Below, piece by piece: positions 21,615 through 31,260 of a stretch of DNA of 64,000 bases. The DNA is from an uncultured Acidobacteriota bacterium. GTDB taxonomy: Bacteria > Acidobacteriota > Vicinamibacteria > Vicinamibacterales > SCN-69-37. Numbering within the stretch: the first letter of the stretch is position 1; every line of letters starts with the position of its first letter. The position numbers and the translations under genes were made by a program. Where the stretch lies: contig CAVTYZ010000022.1 of the NCBI GenBank assembly GCA_963739035.1, forward strand, positions 258,015-322,014, given 5' to 3'. The notes below the pieces were generated by a model. That model saw only the letters and a list, made by a program, of their open reading frames with translations. It searched no databases and was not told the DNA's origin.

Positions 21615-22406
21615 CTACCGCTTGCCGGCGGCCATCGCGTCGGACTGGATGGCTCCGTATCGTCGGTCGCGCTTCTGGTAGTCGATGATGGCTTCGAGCA
21701 GATGGCTGGCGCGGAAGTCGGGCCACAGCGCATCAGTCACCCAGATCTCGGCATACGCAATCTGCCAGAGCAGGAAATTGCTGACGCGCATCTCGCCGCT
21801 CGTGCGGATAAGAAGATCGGGGTCAGGTTGTCCGGCCGTGTACAGGAGCGAGCCAAACGTGGACTCGTCGAGCGACTCGGGATCCACGCCCTCACGAATC
21901 GCGCGGCGCGCGGCGTCTACGATCTCGGCGCGGCCCCCGTAGCTCAACGCGATGTTGAAGATCATGCCGGTGTTGCCGGCCGTCCGTTCCTCAGCCGCCG
22001 CCAACTCGTCGCGAACGTCCGGGCTCAGCCGCTCGCGTTGTCCGATGACACGGAACCGGATGTTGTTCTTGAGCAGCAGCTTGAGCTCACGGCGCAAATA
22101 GTGTTTCAGCAGTCCCATCAGCGCGGCGATCTCGGAGTCCGGACGTTTCCAGTTCTCGACCGAAAACGCGTACAGCGTGAGCACGGAAATGCCGAGCCGC
22201 GCGGACGTCTCGACCGAGGAGCGTACGGCCTCCGTGCCGGCACGGTGACCTTCAACCCGCGGAAGGTGGCGCGTCGCCGCCCAGCGACCGTTGCCGTCCA
22301 TGATGATCGCGACGTGGCGCGGCAACCGCCCGAAATCCACGCGGCGCACGAGCGCGTCCTCCACGGAGCCCTGGGGCACAGCCGCGAGCATGTCGGCAAG
22401 AGCCAT
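21615..22406 (-). CDS. uppS: isoprenyl transferase (undecaprenyl-diphosphate synthase)
   Basis: Motifs: HVAIIMDGNGRWA, LTLYAFSVENWKRP, RTSGEMRVSNFLLWQ. Intact. Confidence 0.9.
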   Translation of the reverse strand: MALADMLAAVPQGSVEDALVRRVDFGRLPRHVAIIMDGNGRWAATRHLPRVEGHRAGTEAVRSSVETSARLGISVLTLYAFSVENWKRPDSEIAALMGLLKHYLRRELKLLLKNNIRFRVIGQRERLSPDVRDELAAAEERTAGNTGMIFNIALSYGGRAEIVDAARRAIREGVDPESLDESTFGSLLYTAGQPDPDLLIRTSGEMRVSNFLLWQIAYAEIWVTDALWPDFRASHLLEAIIDYQKRDRRYGAIQSDAMAAGKR

Positions 22407-22431
22407 CGATCTGGGCAGGATCTTAGCAGCG

Positions 22432-23184
22432 TCAGTAACGGACCGCTATCAGCATGAGCCCGCGCGCGGGCGCCGTGGGGCCACCCGCCCGTCGGTGTCG
22501 CTCCGCCAGAATCGCCGGCACGGTGTCGGCGCCCCGAAGACCTGACCCGACCTCGACGAGGGTTCCGACCACCGCGCGAACCATGTGCCGAAGGAATCCG
22601 TCACCTTCAATCTCCACGACCACCTCGTGGCCGCGCTCCTCGACGTCGAGACGCTCGATGGTGCGCACGGTGTCGAGCGTGCTCGAGCCCCTCGCCTGGA
22701 AGGACGCGAAATCGTGACGGCCAACGAACGCCGCCGCCGCGTGCCGCATCGCGCGAACATCCGAGAGATCCGGGACGTGCCAGGCAAACGCGCGATCGAA
22801 CGGCGACATGACCGGCGATCGCGCGAGGCGGTAGCGGTACGACTTCCCGCGCGCGTGGAAGCGGGCGTGAAAACCGGGGGCGGCATCCTCGACCTGGAGG
22901 ATCCGAATGTCCACCGGCAACCGTACGTTGATGGCGCGCATGAGGCTGGCGGTAGACAACTCCACGTCCAGGTTCACGCTGGCGACCTGCGCGGCGGCAT
23001 GTACGCCCGCGTCCGTCCGGCTGGCGCCCGCGACGCCCGGCCGCCGCTCGACGTCGTCCCCCTGAGAAACGAGCGGCGCCACGGCGTCTTCGATCGCCTG
23101 CTGCACCGACAGCCCGTTGGTCTGCCGTTGCCAGCCGACGTAGTTCGTGCCGTCGTAGGCGATCGTCAGCTTGAGGGTTCGCAC
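22432..23184 (-). CDS. truA: tRNA pseudouridine(38-40) synthase
   Basis: Motifs: LKLTIAYDGTNYVGWQRQ, ASRTDAGVHA. Intact. Confidence 0.9.
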   Translation of the reverse strand: MRTLKLTIAYDGTNYVGWQRQTNGLSVQQAIEDAVAPLVSQGDDVERRPGVAGASRTDAGVHAAAQVASVNLDVELSTASLMRAINVRLPVDIRILQVEDAAPGFHARFHARGKSYRYRLARSPVMSPFDRAFAWHVPDLSDVRAMRHAAAAFVGRHDFASFQARGSSTLDTVRTIERLDVEERGHEVVVEIEGDGFLRHMVRAVVGTLVEVGSGLRGADTVPAILAERHRRAGGPTAPARGLMLIAVRY

Positions 23185-23211
23185 TCGTCAGCGACCTCCG
23201 GGGGCCGGTCG

Positions 23212-23781
23212 TCAGGTCCTCGAACCCGGCTTCACGGCCGGCGTCCCGGCCTGGCAGAGCGGGCACGACGCGGGATCGTAGGTGGGGACCTGCAGGGCGA
23301 CCAGGGCCTGGAATGGAGCGCCCACGTCGGACGACCCTCCGCTGCGATCGATGATCGACCCAGCGCCGATCACGGTCGCTCCAGCTTCCGTCGCGACGGC
23401 AATCGTTTCCCGCGTCGATCCGCCCGTCGTCACGACGTCCTCGACCACGACCACGCGATCGGCCGGCGACAGCGAGAACCCGCGCCGGAGCGTGAGCGCG
23501 CCGTCGACGCGTTCAGCGAAGATCGCGCGCACGCCGAGCGCGCGCGCCACTTCATGGCCGATGATCAGGCCACCGAGCGCAGGCGAAAGGACCGCCGTTG
23601 GCACGGCCGCGCGAAACCGTTCGGCTAACGCACGGCCCAGCGCTTCGGCGTGAACGGGATGCTGCAGGACGAGCGCGGACTGAAGATAGGCAGGACTATG
23701 AAGCCCGGAAGTCAGCCGGAAATGTCCCTCGAGCAAGGCGCCCGACTGGCGGTACAACGAAAGAACAGCCTCAGAGTTCAT
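23212..23781 (-). CDS. pyrE: orotate phosphoribosyltransferase
   Basis: VVVVEDVVTTGGS PRPP loop. ATG 23781 is preferred because 23795-23823 upstream is a copy of the intergenic repeat. Confidence 0.85.
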   Translation of the reverse strand: MNSEAVLSLYRQSGALLEGHFRLTSGLHSPAYLQSALVLQHPVHAEALGRALAERFRAAVPTAVLSPALGGLIIGHEVARALGVRAIFAERVDGALTLRRGFSLSPADRVVVVEDVVTTGGSTRETIAVATEAGATVIGAGSIIDRSGGSSDVGAPFQALVALQVPTYDPASCPLCQAGTPAVKPGSRT

Positions 23782-23794
23782 GTCCAAGAGCATA

Positions 23795-23823
23795 GCCTCA
23801 AGCCCCATGACCCAGGCCCACGC
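23795..23823. repeat. single-arm C-rich heptamer repeat
   Basis: agcctca|agcccca|tgaccca|ggcccac. It resembles the elements at 58453-58483 and 62594-62638. Confidence 0.55.
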
Positions 23824-23884
23824 GGAGTCGGTCCTCACGTCGCGAGCGGGGACAGACCCCGCGTGGCTGATATAGTCCGCTGCC

Positions 23885-24649
23885 GTGACGACCGTCTCCG
23901 TCACGGTGATCACGCGCAACGAATCGGCGCACATCGACGGCTGCCTGGCGTCCGTCGAGTGGGCCGACGAAGTCATCGTCGTGGACAGCGAAAGCACGGA
24001 CGACACGGTGGCCCGAGCCCAGGCGCGCGGCGCCCGCGTGGTCGTGCGGCCGTGGCCGGGTTATTCGGCGCAAAAGAACTGGGCGGCCGAACAGGCCTCG
24101 TCGGACTGGATTCTGTCGATTGATGCCGATGAACGCGTCACGCCTCAGCTGGCGGCCGAGATTCGCCAGGTGCTCAACGCGCCCACGGCCTCCGGCTATC
24201 GCATCCCCCGCCTCACATGGCACCTGGGACGATGGATTCGAACGACGGATTGGTATCCGGACTACCAGCTTCGGCTCTACGATCGCCGGCGTGCTCGCTG
24301 GGCGCCACGCCGCGTGCATGAATCGGTGACCGCTGATGGACCCGTGGCGCTGCTCACGCGGGACCTGCAGCACTACGCGTACCGGGACATCAGCCACCAC
24401 CACGCGACGATGGATCGCTACACGACGCTCGCGGCCGACGAGATGTTCGACGCGGGTCGATCGGCGAGCCTTCTGGACCTGGTGGTCCATCCTCCCGCGG
24501 CGTTCCTGCGCAACTACGTGCTGCGCCGCGGGTGTCTCGACGGCACGGTGGGATTCATCATCTCCGTCATGAACGCCTACTACGTGTTTCTGAAGCTCGC
24601 CAAGCTGCGCGCGCTCACGATCGCGGACAGGACCCCGCGCCGCGCCTGA
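23885..24649 (+). CDS. family 2 glycosyltransferase
   Basis: GTG start. Motifs: VSVTVITRNE, DSESTDDT, DADE. Intact. Confidence 0.8.
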   Translation: MTTVSVTVITRNESAHIDGCLASVEWADEVIVVDSESTDDTVARAQARGARVVVRPWPGYSAQKNWAAEQASSDWILSIDADERVTPQLAAEIRQVLNAPTASGYRIPRLTWHLGRWIRTTDWYPDYQLRLYDRRRARWAPRRVHESVTADGPVALLTRDLQHYAYRDISHHHATMDRYTTLAADEMFDAGRSASLLDLVVHPPAAFLRNYVLRRGCLDGTVGFIISVMNAYYVFLKLAKLRALTIADRTPRRA

Positions 24650-24672
24650 CCTCTGAATCGAACGTGCCGGCC

Positions 24673-25756
24673 ATGCGTTCGGTGCATATCGACACGGCGC
24701 GGACCTGGCGCGGTGGCCAGAGTCAGGTCCTCATGACGGTGACCGGCCTGGCGGAGGCCGGTCACCAGGCCATCCTCGTCGCGCACGAAGCCGGTGAGTT
24801 GCGGCGGCGAGCCAGCGAGGGCCTCCGGTTCATCGGCTTCTCCCCGCGGAGCGAGTTCGACGTTCACGCCGGCTGGCAGCTCGCACGTGTGCTGCGGGAG
24901 ATCGAACCAGACGTCGTGCACGCACACGATCCAATGGCGGTGTCGCTCGCGGCCATGGCCCTTCAGATGCGCACGGGCCCTCTGGCCCGTCCGCTCGTGG
25001 TCGCCTCGCGTCGCGTGGACTTCCACCTGAAGCGGCACGCGTTCTCGAAATGGAAGTACGGCCACGTCGACGTCTTCATCGCAGCCTCGGAGATCATCCG
25101 GTCGATCCTCGTCACCGACGGCGTGCCGCCTGATCGTATCGAGGTCGTGCACGACGGCGTGAACGTGACGACGATCGACAAGCAGCCGGTCGTCGACGCG
25201 CATGCCGCGTTCTGGCTCCCGAAGGGCGCGCCGCTCGTGGGCAATGTCGCCGCGCTCGCGGCGCACAAGGGCCAGCGGCACCTCGTCGCCGCCGCCGCGA
25301 AGGTCGTGCGCGAGCTGCCCGACACCCGGTTCCTCGTCGTCGGCGAGGGCGAGCTGCGCGACCAGCTCGAGCGGCAAATCCACGACCTCGGCCTCGATCG
25401 GCACGTCGTGCTCGCCGGATTCCGATCCGATGTGCTCGGTCTCGTGAAGTCGTTCGATCTCTTCGTGATGAGCTCGATCACCGAGGGCCTCGGATCCGCG
25501 ATCCTCGAGGCGATGGCGTGCAGCCGCGCGGTCGTCGCCACGCGCGCTGGAGGCATTCCCGAGGCCGTCGACGACGAAGTCACCGGCGTCATCGTGCCGC
25601 CTCGCGATGAAGACGCGCTCGCCGCCGGGATCGTACGGCTGCTGAAGTCGCCAGAGCTCCGCCACGAGTTCGGTCAGGCCGGCCGTCAGACGCGTGATCG
25701 ACTCGTTCAGCGTCGATCGGCTTGTTGAGGGAACGGCGCGGGTGTACGACACGTAA
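24673..25756 (+). CDS. family 4 (GT-B) glycosyltransferase (one frame jump near the 3' end)
   Basis: Motifs EGLGSAILEAMA and GGIPE. The last ~20 aa (RVIDSFSVDRLVEGTARVYDT*) are in another frame from ~25690. TAA at 25754-25756. Confidence 0.8.
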
Positions 25757-25845
25757 GACGACAAACAGGGCTCCAGTTCCATGACAGATCATCGAAGAAG
25801 TGAACCTCGAGATCCTGGAAGCCTTCATGGTGAACGTTCGCTGCG

Positions 25846-26371
25846 TCACCACTCCATTCTGCGTTCGCAGCTCGGTGATGTGCGCGGCGTGGTGACGGCC
25901 GTGCCACGCGTAGAGCGCGACCATGCGATCGATGGTCATCGGACCGCGTTCCGGGTGCATGAGCCCGCGTTCGAAGTCTTCCTGCGCGAGATTCCGGAGA
26001 AACGTCGCCCAGCGCGCGTGCAGTGAGTCGATCAGGCGGAGTGACGGATCGACATTGGCGTCGGCCGCGTCCGCGAAGTTGGCCCAGATTCCTTCGTTGT
26101 ACGGCTTGATGGTTGGGACGTTCTCGGTTGCCGCGAACTTCATCCGCGCGTACGCGTGCATGTGGCTGTCGGCGACGTGATGCACGACCTGGGCAACCGT
26201 CCAGCCGCCGTCACGATACGGCGTGAGCCGCTGTTCGGTCGTCAGGCCGACAACCGCTGCCGTGAGCGCGGCCGGGGCAGCCGCGATCTCGCGAACGAAT
26301 GAGGCACGAAGGTCGGCGGTGTACTCGGCGGGTGGCGCAAACTTGCCAATCGGATAGCGCGGATCGGTCAT
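25846..26371 (-). CDS. DinB/YfiT-family putative metal-dependent hydrolase or thiol transferase
   Basis: Motifs: MTDPRYPIGKF, HVADSHMHAY, WHGRHHAAHI. The likely C-terminus ...RMEW* (TGA 25846) is 1 nt out of frame from ~25860. The as-given ORF runs on to 25589. Confidence 0.7.
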
Positions 26372-26384
26372 GGGACATTTTAGC

Positions 26385-26490
26385 GGTGCGGAGGTTCGAA
26401 GGTTCGGAAGTGCGGAGGTTGGTGGAAGTGCGGAGGTTGGTCGGAGTGCGGAGGATGGTTCGGAGGTGCGGAGGATGGTTCGGAGGTGCG
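26385..26490. repeat. 106-bp single-arm G-rich octamer-type repeat array (GGTKCGRA units)
   Basis: ggtgcgga|ggttcgaa|ggttcgga|agtgcgga... including a 20-nt unit cggaggtgcggaggatggtt present ~2.5 times (26441-26490). It fills the whole gap between two minus-strand genes. Confidence 0.85.
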
Positions 26491-26496
26491 CGGCCG

Positions 26497-26898
26497 CTAC
26501 TTGATGAAATACCCGGCTACGCGCCATGTCCCGTCTTTTTCCTTGAAGACCGTCACGGTTTCGGCAGCCGCCGAGCGCTGCTCGAACGTCGTGCTGAACT
26601 GGAGCAGCAGGTACTCTCCATCAGGTGCGGCAGGAGGCTTGATTGGAGAGGGTGCGCCATTGAGCGTACGTGACTTCATTGGACCGAGCGGCGCACGTGC
26701 CGCTTGCACAGCAGCCGACCACTTCTCTTGTGGGACGGCGCTCTTGAAGATACTCGCCGCCTCATCCCAGCTCGCGGCATATCGCTGACCGTCGACGAGG
26801 GCAAGCCACGCTTCGACCGAGGTCTGAGCCGCCTTTGTGCTTGATTCCTGAACATGGACGGGGCGGGCGCCAAGAGTCGAAACCAGGGCGACCAACAT
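26497..26898 (-). CDS. small secreted protein (DUF4019-like)
   Basis: Sequence features: MLVALVSTLGARPVHVQ..., KDGTWRVAGYFIK. A better signal-peptide start (ATG 26924, MTRRVVRS) is in another frame, suggesting a frame jump at ~26905. Confidence 0.5.
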   Translation of the reverse strand: MLVALVSTLGARPVHVQESSTKAAQTSVEAWLALVDGQRYAASWDEAASIFKSAVPQEKWSAAVQAARAPLGPMKSRTLNGAPSPIKPPAAPDGEYLLLQFSTTFEQRSAAAETVTVFKEKDGTWRVAGYFIK

Positions 26899-26940
26899 GA
26901 AGATCGAACAACTCGGCGTGTCATTTCAGTTTCTCCAAAG

Positions 26941-27102
26941 GATGCGGTGCGGAGGTTCGAAGGTTCGGAAGTGCGTAGGTTGGTACGGAGGTGCGAAGGT
27001 TGGTACGGAAGGTGCGAAGGTTCACGGGGCGGCACGGAGGTGTTCCTGAACCAGAACCTTCGTACCAACCTTCGCACCTGCGCACCACCGAACCCTCGAA
27101 CC
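26941..27102. repeat. two-arm repeat hairpin element (GGTGCGAAGGTTGGTACG arms)
   Basis: G-rich arm 26941-27024 and complementary C-rich arm 27049-27102. It contains a perfect 18-bp inverted repeat: 26990-27007 ggtgcgaaggttggtacg / 27061-27078 cgtaccaaccttcgcacc. Confidence 0.9.
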
Positions 27103-27106
27103 ATCT

Positions 27107-28883
27107 CTAACGGCACGCCAATGGTAGCGTCCCGCGGTACCGCCATCGCGGCTCGGCGGTGTTGATGAGTTGGCTCTCTCGGAGACGCCCACCACGATCC
27201 TCCAGCCAGTCCGCCACGACGTCGCGAACCAGCGGCAGATCGTCGTCGAGCGGAAATCCTCCGCGAGGCATGACGGGAGTGAGCAGGCGGTCGCCGCCAG
27301 TTGCGAGAAAGGCGTGCGTCACGATGGTGAGTCGATCGTCATCGACGATCGTTCTGCCGGAGGTGAGCGTCATCGCGACGGCCAGCCGTCTGTTTCTGCA
27401 GGTCGCAGCGACCCACACGCCAGCGATGCCGGGCAACGCCCGGGCCTCCCGCAATTGAACCTCGAACACGCGCCGGAGCTGGGCGCCGGACAGTTCGAGA
27501 CGGACCAGCCTGTTGTCGAACGGAAAAGCCTCGTAGAGCCGTCCATAGGTCAGCGGCCCGCGCGGCAAGTCGGCGCGCAGGCCGCCGCGCGTGTTGTTGA
27601 GCGCGATGTCGACGTCGGGGATCGCTGACAGCATGGCGTCGGTGAAGAGATTTCCCAGCGGCGATTCGGTGCCGATCGGCGCGACCCGGATGGGGGTGTC
27701 CAGCACGATGCCGAGCAACTCGCTGGCATGCGCTTTGACGCGCTCGACGGCCGGCGCGATGACACGCGCGATCGCGGAGTCAATCCTTACGGGCTGCCCT
27801 TCATACTCGGCGGGCACGAGCGCGCGGTCGCCGGCGGCCTGGGCATCGCAGCGCGCGGTCCCTTCATACACACGGGCGCAGACGTCGCGTGGCGGGAACA
27901 CGCGCTTGCCGACGACAGCCTTCGTTCGCCGCTCGACCGTCAGGTCGGCACGGGAAAATGCGGAGCCCTTCGAAAACGCCTGCATGACGATGGTGCCGTC
28001 GATCTCGTGCGCCATGCCGGCGTGCGTGTGGCCCGATGCGACCACGTCGAGAGTTCCGCGCGGCAATTGCCGCAGGACCCCCGCGATTTCGGAAGTGGAC
28101 AGGTCGCAGGATGACAGGTCTCGCGGATCGTCGAACTGTGTGCAACGCCCTCCGGCGTGAGCGAGGGCCACCACGAGATCGGCGCCGTTCTCGCGTAGCG
28201 ATTGTGCCTCCGCGAGAAGCGTCGCGGCCAACGGAGTCACACGGAGGCCGCCGGTCGCCGTGGCGATCGTTGCCGACAGCGCTCTGATGGTCATCACCCC
28301 GATCAAGCCGACCCGGACGCCCGCGACGTCGACAACGACCGACGGCTGCACGTTGGGCCAGTTCACGGGCCGGCCCGTCACGGTGTCAACGAGGTTCGCG
28401 GCCAGGAACGGGAACTTCGCCTCGGCGGCTCGTGCCTTCAAGGCGCCGCGCAGATCGCTGGACGACCCGGGTGGCGCAACGCCCGGACCGGCCACACCGA
28501 AATCGAATTCGTGATTGCCGATCGCCGCGGCGGCATAGCCGAGCGAGTTGTACGCAGCCACGACCGGAGCACCTTCGGAGAGATTGGACTCGACCGTGCC
28601 CTGAAACATGTCGCCGGCGTCGACGAGCAGCACGCCTCCGTCGTTTTTGCGGACGGCGCGAAGATTGTTGAGATATCCCCCGAACGTGGCCACGCCGCCG
28701 CGCCCATCTCGTTCCAACAACCCGCCGTGCAGATCGTTGGTGGCCACGATCGACAGCGTGATCGTGCCCGAGTCCGGCTTCGTCTCGGAGTTCCTGTTCG
28801 CCCCGTGTCGAGGCGCTGCACGCCCACGCCCCAGCGAGAGCCACCGCCAGGCTTGACGAGATGAGGAGGGGGCAGGCGGTCAC
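27107..28883 (-). CDS. bifunctional metallophosphatase / 5'-nucleotidase, lipoprotein-like (one frame jump)
   Basis: Motifs: TNDLHGG, DAGDMFQG, GNHEFD, AHAGG, GHTHAG. The leader LAVALAGAWAC is in another frame (junction ~28795). GTG start at 28883. Confidence 0.8.
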
Positions 28884-28890
28884 TGGCGGA

Positions 28891-29370
28891 TCACGATCTC
28901 GCGAGCCGCTTGAGCAGCTGGATCTGTCCCGCATGATACAGGTCGTGCGCAGCAATTCCGGCGATCAAGTCGAAATTGCTGACCTTCGATCGACGAGGCA
29001 TGCTGGCCAGATCGCGGCTCGTCAGCCGAGCGACCTCGATCCGAAGCGCCCGGTGGGCGGATTCGAGAAGCGCGACGTCAGCGCGCCAGGCCGACTCGGT
29101 CGCGGTCGACGCCTCTGGCCGTCTGAACCAGTTGGAGCCCTTCAGCGGAAACGAGCCGCGCGGCGCATCAGAGAAGCGCCGTGTCACGGCGTACTTCCAG
29201 TAGGCAGCGTGCACGACGACTTCCCAGATGTTGTGCCGGTTGCGGGCCGGACGCCACGCGGCCTGCGCGGCTGACACGCCGCGGATCGACCCGCGCAGGT
29301 TGGTCCCGTGCCACGACTTCTTGTCGTACGCCTGATCGATGATCGTCACGAGCTGCCGGACGTCGTCCAT
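28891..29370 (-). CDS. DinB-family protein
   Basis: Motifs HAAYWKY and HDLYHAGQI. Intact 159 aa. Confidence 0.75.
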   Translation of the reverse strand: MDDVRQLVTIIDQAYDKKSWHGTNLRGSIRGVSAAQAAWRPARNRHNIWEVVVHAAYWKYAVTRRFSDAPRGSFPLKGSNWFRRPEASTATESAWRADVALLESAHRALRIEVARLTSRDLASMPRRSKVSNFDLIAGIAAHDLYHAGQIQLLKRLARS

Positions 29371-29380
29371 ACCGGTCCCT

Positions 29381-30251
29381 TCACGCCCTGGCCGGTCGGC
29401 AGACCTCGCGGAGCGGGCAGACTCGATTGCCGCGCGCGGTGTGCCATCCGCAGGCGCCCATCATGCTCAGGTGGCAGAGAGAGAAATCGTAGCGCACTGG
29501 ATCGTCCGGATCGAGGGCGCGGAGTGCGGCCGTGATGTCCGTCGCCATTTTCCAGCCGGGCGAGACGCGCCGTGTCAGCCGCAGGCACCGGCCCACGCGA
29601 ATCGTGTGAGTGTCGAGCGGTACCACGAGTTGCCTGGGCCCGAGGCTGGTCCATCCGCCAGGATCGACACCGTCCTTCCGGATCATCCAGCGGAGAAACA
29701 GGTTCAGGCGCTTGCAGGCGCCGCCGGTAGACGGCTGAGAGAAAAAATAGAAGACGCCGGGACGGTCCGGCACGCGTCGGCCATAGGCCGGGCGCGAGAT
29801 CCACACGGCGTGCGCGCGCCGAGAAGCCGTCGAGAGCCGGTCCGAAGTCCGGCACGTTCCGATCCACGCCGGCGCCAAACGCTTTCTCAATCGACCCGTG
29901 CTCCTCGACGAAGCTCCGGAGGATCCAAAGGAGGGCGATGAAGTCCGGGCCCCTCGTCCAGCGATGCACAAGGGGAACGAGCGGCGCGCCGTGCCGCGCC
30001 GGATCGAAGCCCCGCACGAACGCGGCGGGTTCCGGGCCGAGCACCCGGCACATCGCCTCGACGGACGCCATGACCGATCCGACGCGGCCGAAGGCGAGGC
30101 CCGCGGCGACGAACGCCACGATTTCCCGGTCGTCGGCGCGCTCGTATCGTCTGACGATTTGAACCGGGTCGAGCGCGGATTCTGGATGATTGAAACCGGC
30201 GTACAGCGAGTCGAGGGCGTGGCGGAGCGCGAGAGAGGGCTCCTTCACCAT
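29381..30251 (-). CDS. TIGR02757/DUF2400-like uncharacterised protein (one frame jump)
   Basis: Motifs ACKRLNLFLRWMIRKDGVDPGGW and CPLREVC. Junction at ~29815. Confidence 0.65.
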
Positions 30252-30337
30252 GAAGCCATGAAGATTTGAAGGTTGTCATGGGAAGACATTCGAGGCACGT
30301 GTCTTGACGAGCCAGCCAAGAACATCTTCATGGCTTC
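30252..30337. repeat. perfect 14-bp inverted repeat spanning an entire intergenic gap
   Basis: 30252-30265 gaagccatgaagat / 30324-30337 atcttcatggcttc. The 58-nt spacer contains an inner 5-bp inverted repeat (aagac/gtctt) around CACGTG. Confidence 0.9.
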
Positions 30338-30974
30338 ACGGTGTGTTCTGACGAATTGCACGCTCAGAACGTGGCGATGCCATACCGGCGCGGCACATCG
30401 GGCACTCCGAGACGGCGTAGTTCTCGGGCGCCTTGTACTCAGCGAGCGCGAAGTTCGCCACGTCCAGGTCCACGATCGCTTCGAGCCGGTCGTAGATCTC
30501 GCAGGTCGCGATCACGGTGCCGCCAGCCTCCTCGATGACGCGCTTCGCGCGTTCGAAGGTCTTTCCCGTGTTGCGCACGTCATCGGCGACGAGCACCCGC
30601 TTCCCTGCCACGACGGATCGGTAGAAGGGACGCATGCCCTCCCCTTTTGGCGACAGGGGCGCAAAGCTCGTCGGCGGCAGGCTCAGACTCCGGCGGCTGT
30701 CGAGTAGACCTGCGATGGTATGGGCCAGCAGCGCGCCGCCGAGCACGGGGCCCGCCACGACCTCCGTCGCGCCGATGACGTCGTCCGGCAACACGTCAAT
30801 CAGATCCTGGCCGAGGCGCCAGATCAATGACGGCAGCCGAAGGATGCGATGAGGGTTGAGATAGACACGGCCGTGGTAGCCGTTGCCGTAGTCGAAGTGC
30901 CCGTCGAGCATGAGCACCTCGAACTCCTGAAGGTTGGCCAGCGCTTTCTTCCGTAGATCGTCTCGACGCGTCAT
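30336..30974 (-). CDS. type I phosphoribosyltransferase (PyrE-like, second copy)
   Basis: VLVADDVRNTGKT PRPP loop and a CPMC near the C-terminus. The probable true end ...GMAIATF* (TGA 30365) is 1 nt out of frame. Confidence 0.7.
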   Translation of the reverse strand: MTRRDDLRKKALANLQEFEVLMLDGHFDYGNGYHGRVYLNPHRILRLPSLIWRLGQDLIDVLPDDVIGATEVVAGPVLGGALLAHTIAGLLDSRRSLSLPPTSFAPLSPKGEGMRPFYRSVVAGKRVLVADDVRNTGKTFERAKRVIEEAGGTVIATCEIYDRLEAIVDLDVANFALAEYKAPENYAVSECPMCRAGMASPRSERAIRQNTP

Positions 30975-30975
30975 T

Positions 30976-31175
30976 CTCACTCCGGAGGCTTTGCCCCCGG
31001 ACCCCCTTCGCGCTCTCTCGTGGGGCCCCAATGCCCCACTCCGTTCGCGCGGCTCACTCGCTCGGCTCGTTCGTGCTCACTCCGGAGGCTTTGCCCCCGG
31101 ACCCCCTTCGCGCTCTCTCGTGGGGCCCCAATGCCCCACTCCGTTCGCGCGGCTCACTCGCTCGGCTCGTTCGCG
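30976..31175. repeat. tandem direct repeat, 2 x 98 bp identical, period 100 bp
   Basis: 30976-31073 is identical to 31076-31173 (ctcactccggaggctttgcccccggacccccttcgcgctctctcgtggggccccaatgccccactccgttcgcgcggctcactcgctcggctcgttcg). Copy 1 abuts the start codon (30974) of the PRTase gene. Confidence 0.95.
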
Positions 31176-31222
31176 ACATTCCCCAGAAACCAGGAAAAAT
31201 GGCGACCGTTAGTTCGTTCCGT

Positions 31223-31260
31223 GTACCTGTCGCACCCGGCGTACCTGTCGTACCTGAGGT
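31223..31260. repeat. 9-nt periodic repeat (GTACCTGTC-type)
   Basis: gtacctgtc|gcacccggc|gtacctgtc|gtacctgag. A similar run at 31361-31390 flanks the degenerate third copy of the 98-bp unit on its other side. Confidence 0.7.

Noticed and set aside
25589-26527. 312-aa ORF with N-terminal LRTSEPSSALRPTSALPPTSALPNLRTS and a long C-terminal tail
   Set aside because: The N-terminal part is a translation of the intergenic repeat array (26385-26490). The C-terminal tail follows a probable 1-nt indel that removes the natural stop at 25846. The real gene is ~175 aa.
26385-27102. GGTTCGAA strings resembling tRNA T-arm sequences
   Set aside because: They occur as units of the low-complexity repeat, with no acceptor, D or anticodon stems around them. 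I could not draw a cloverleaf anywhere in the window.
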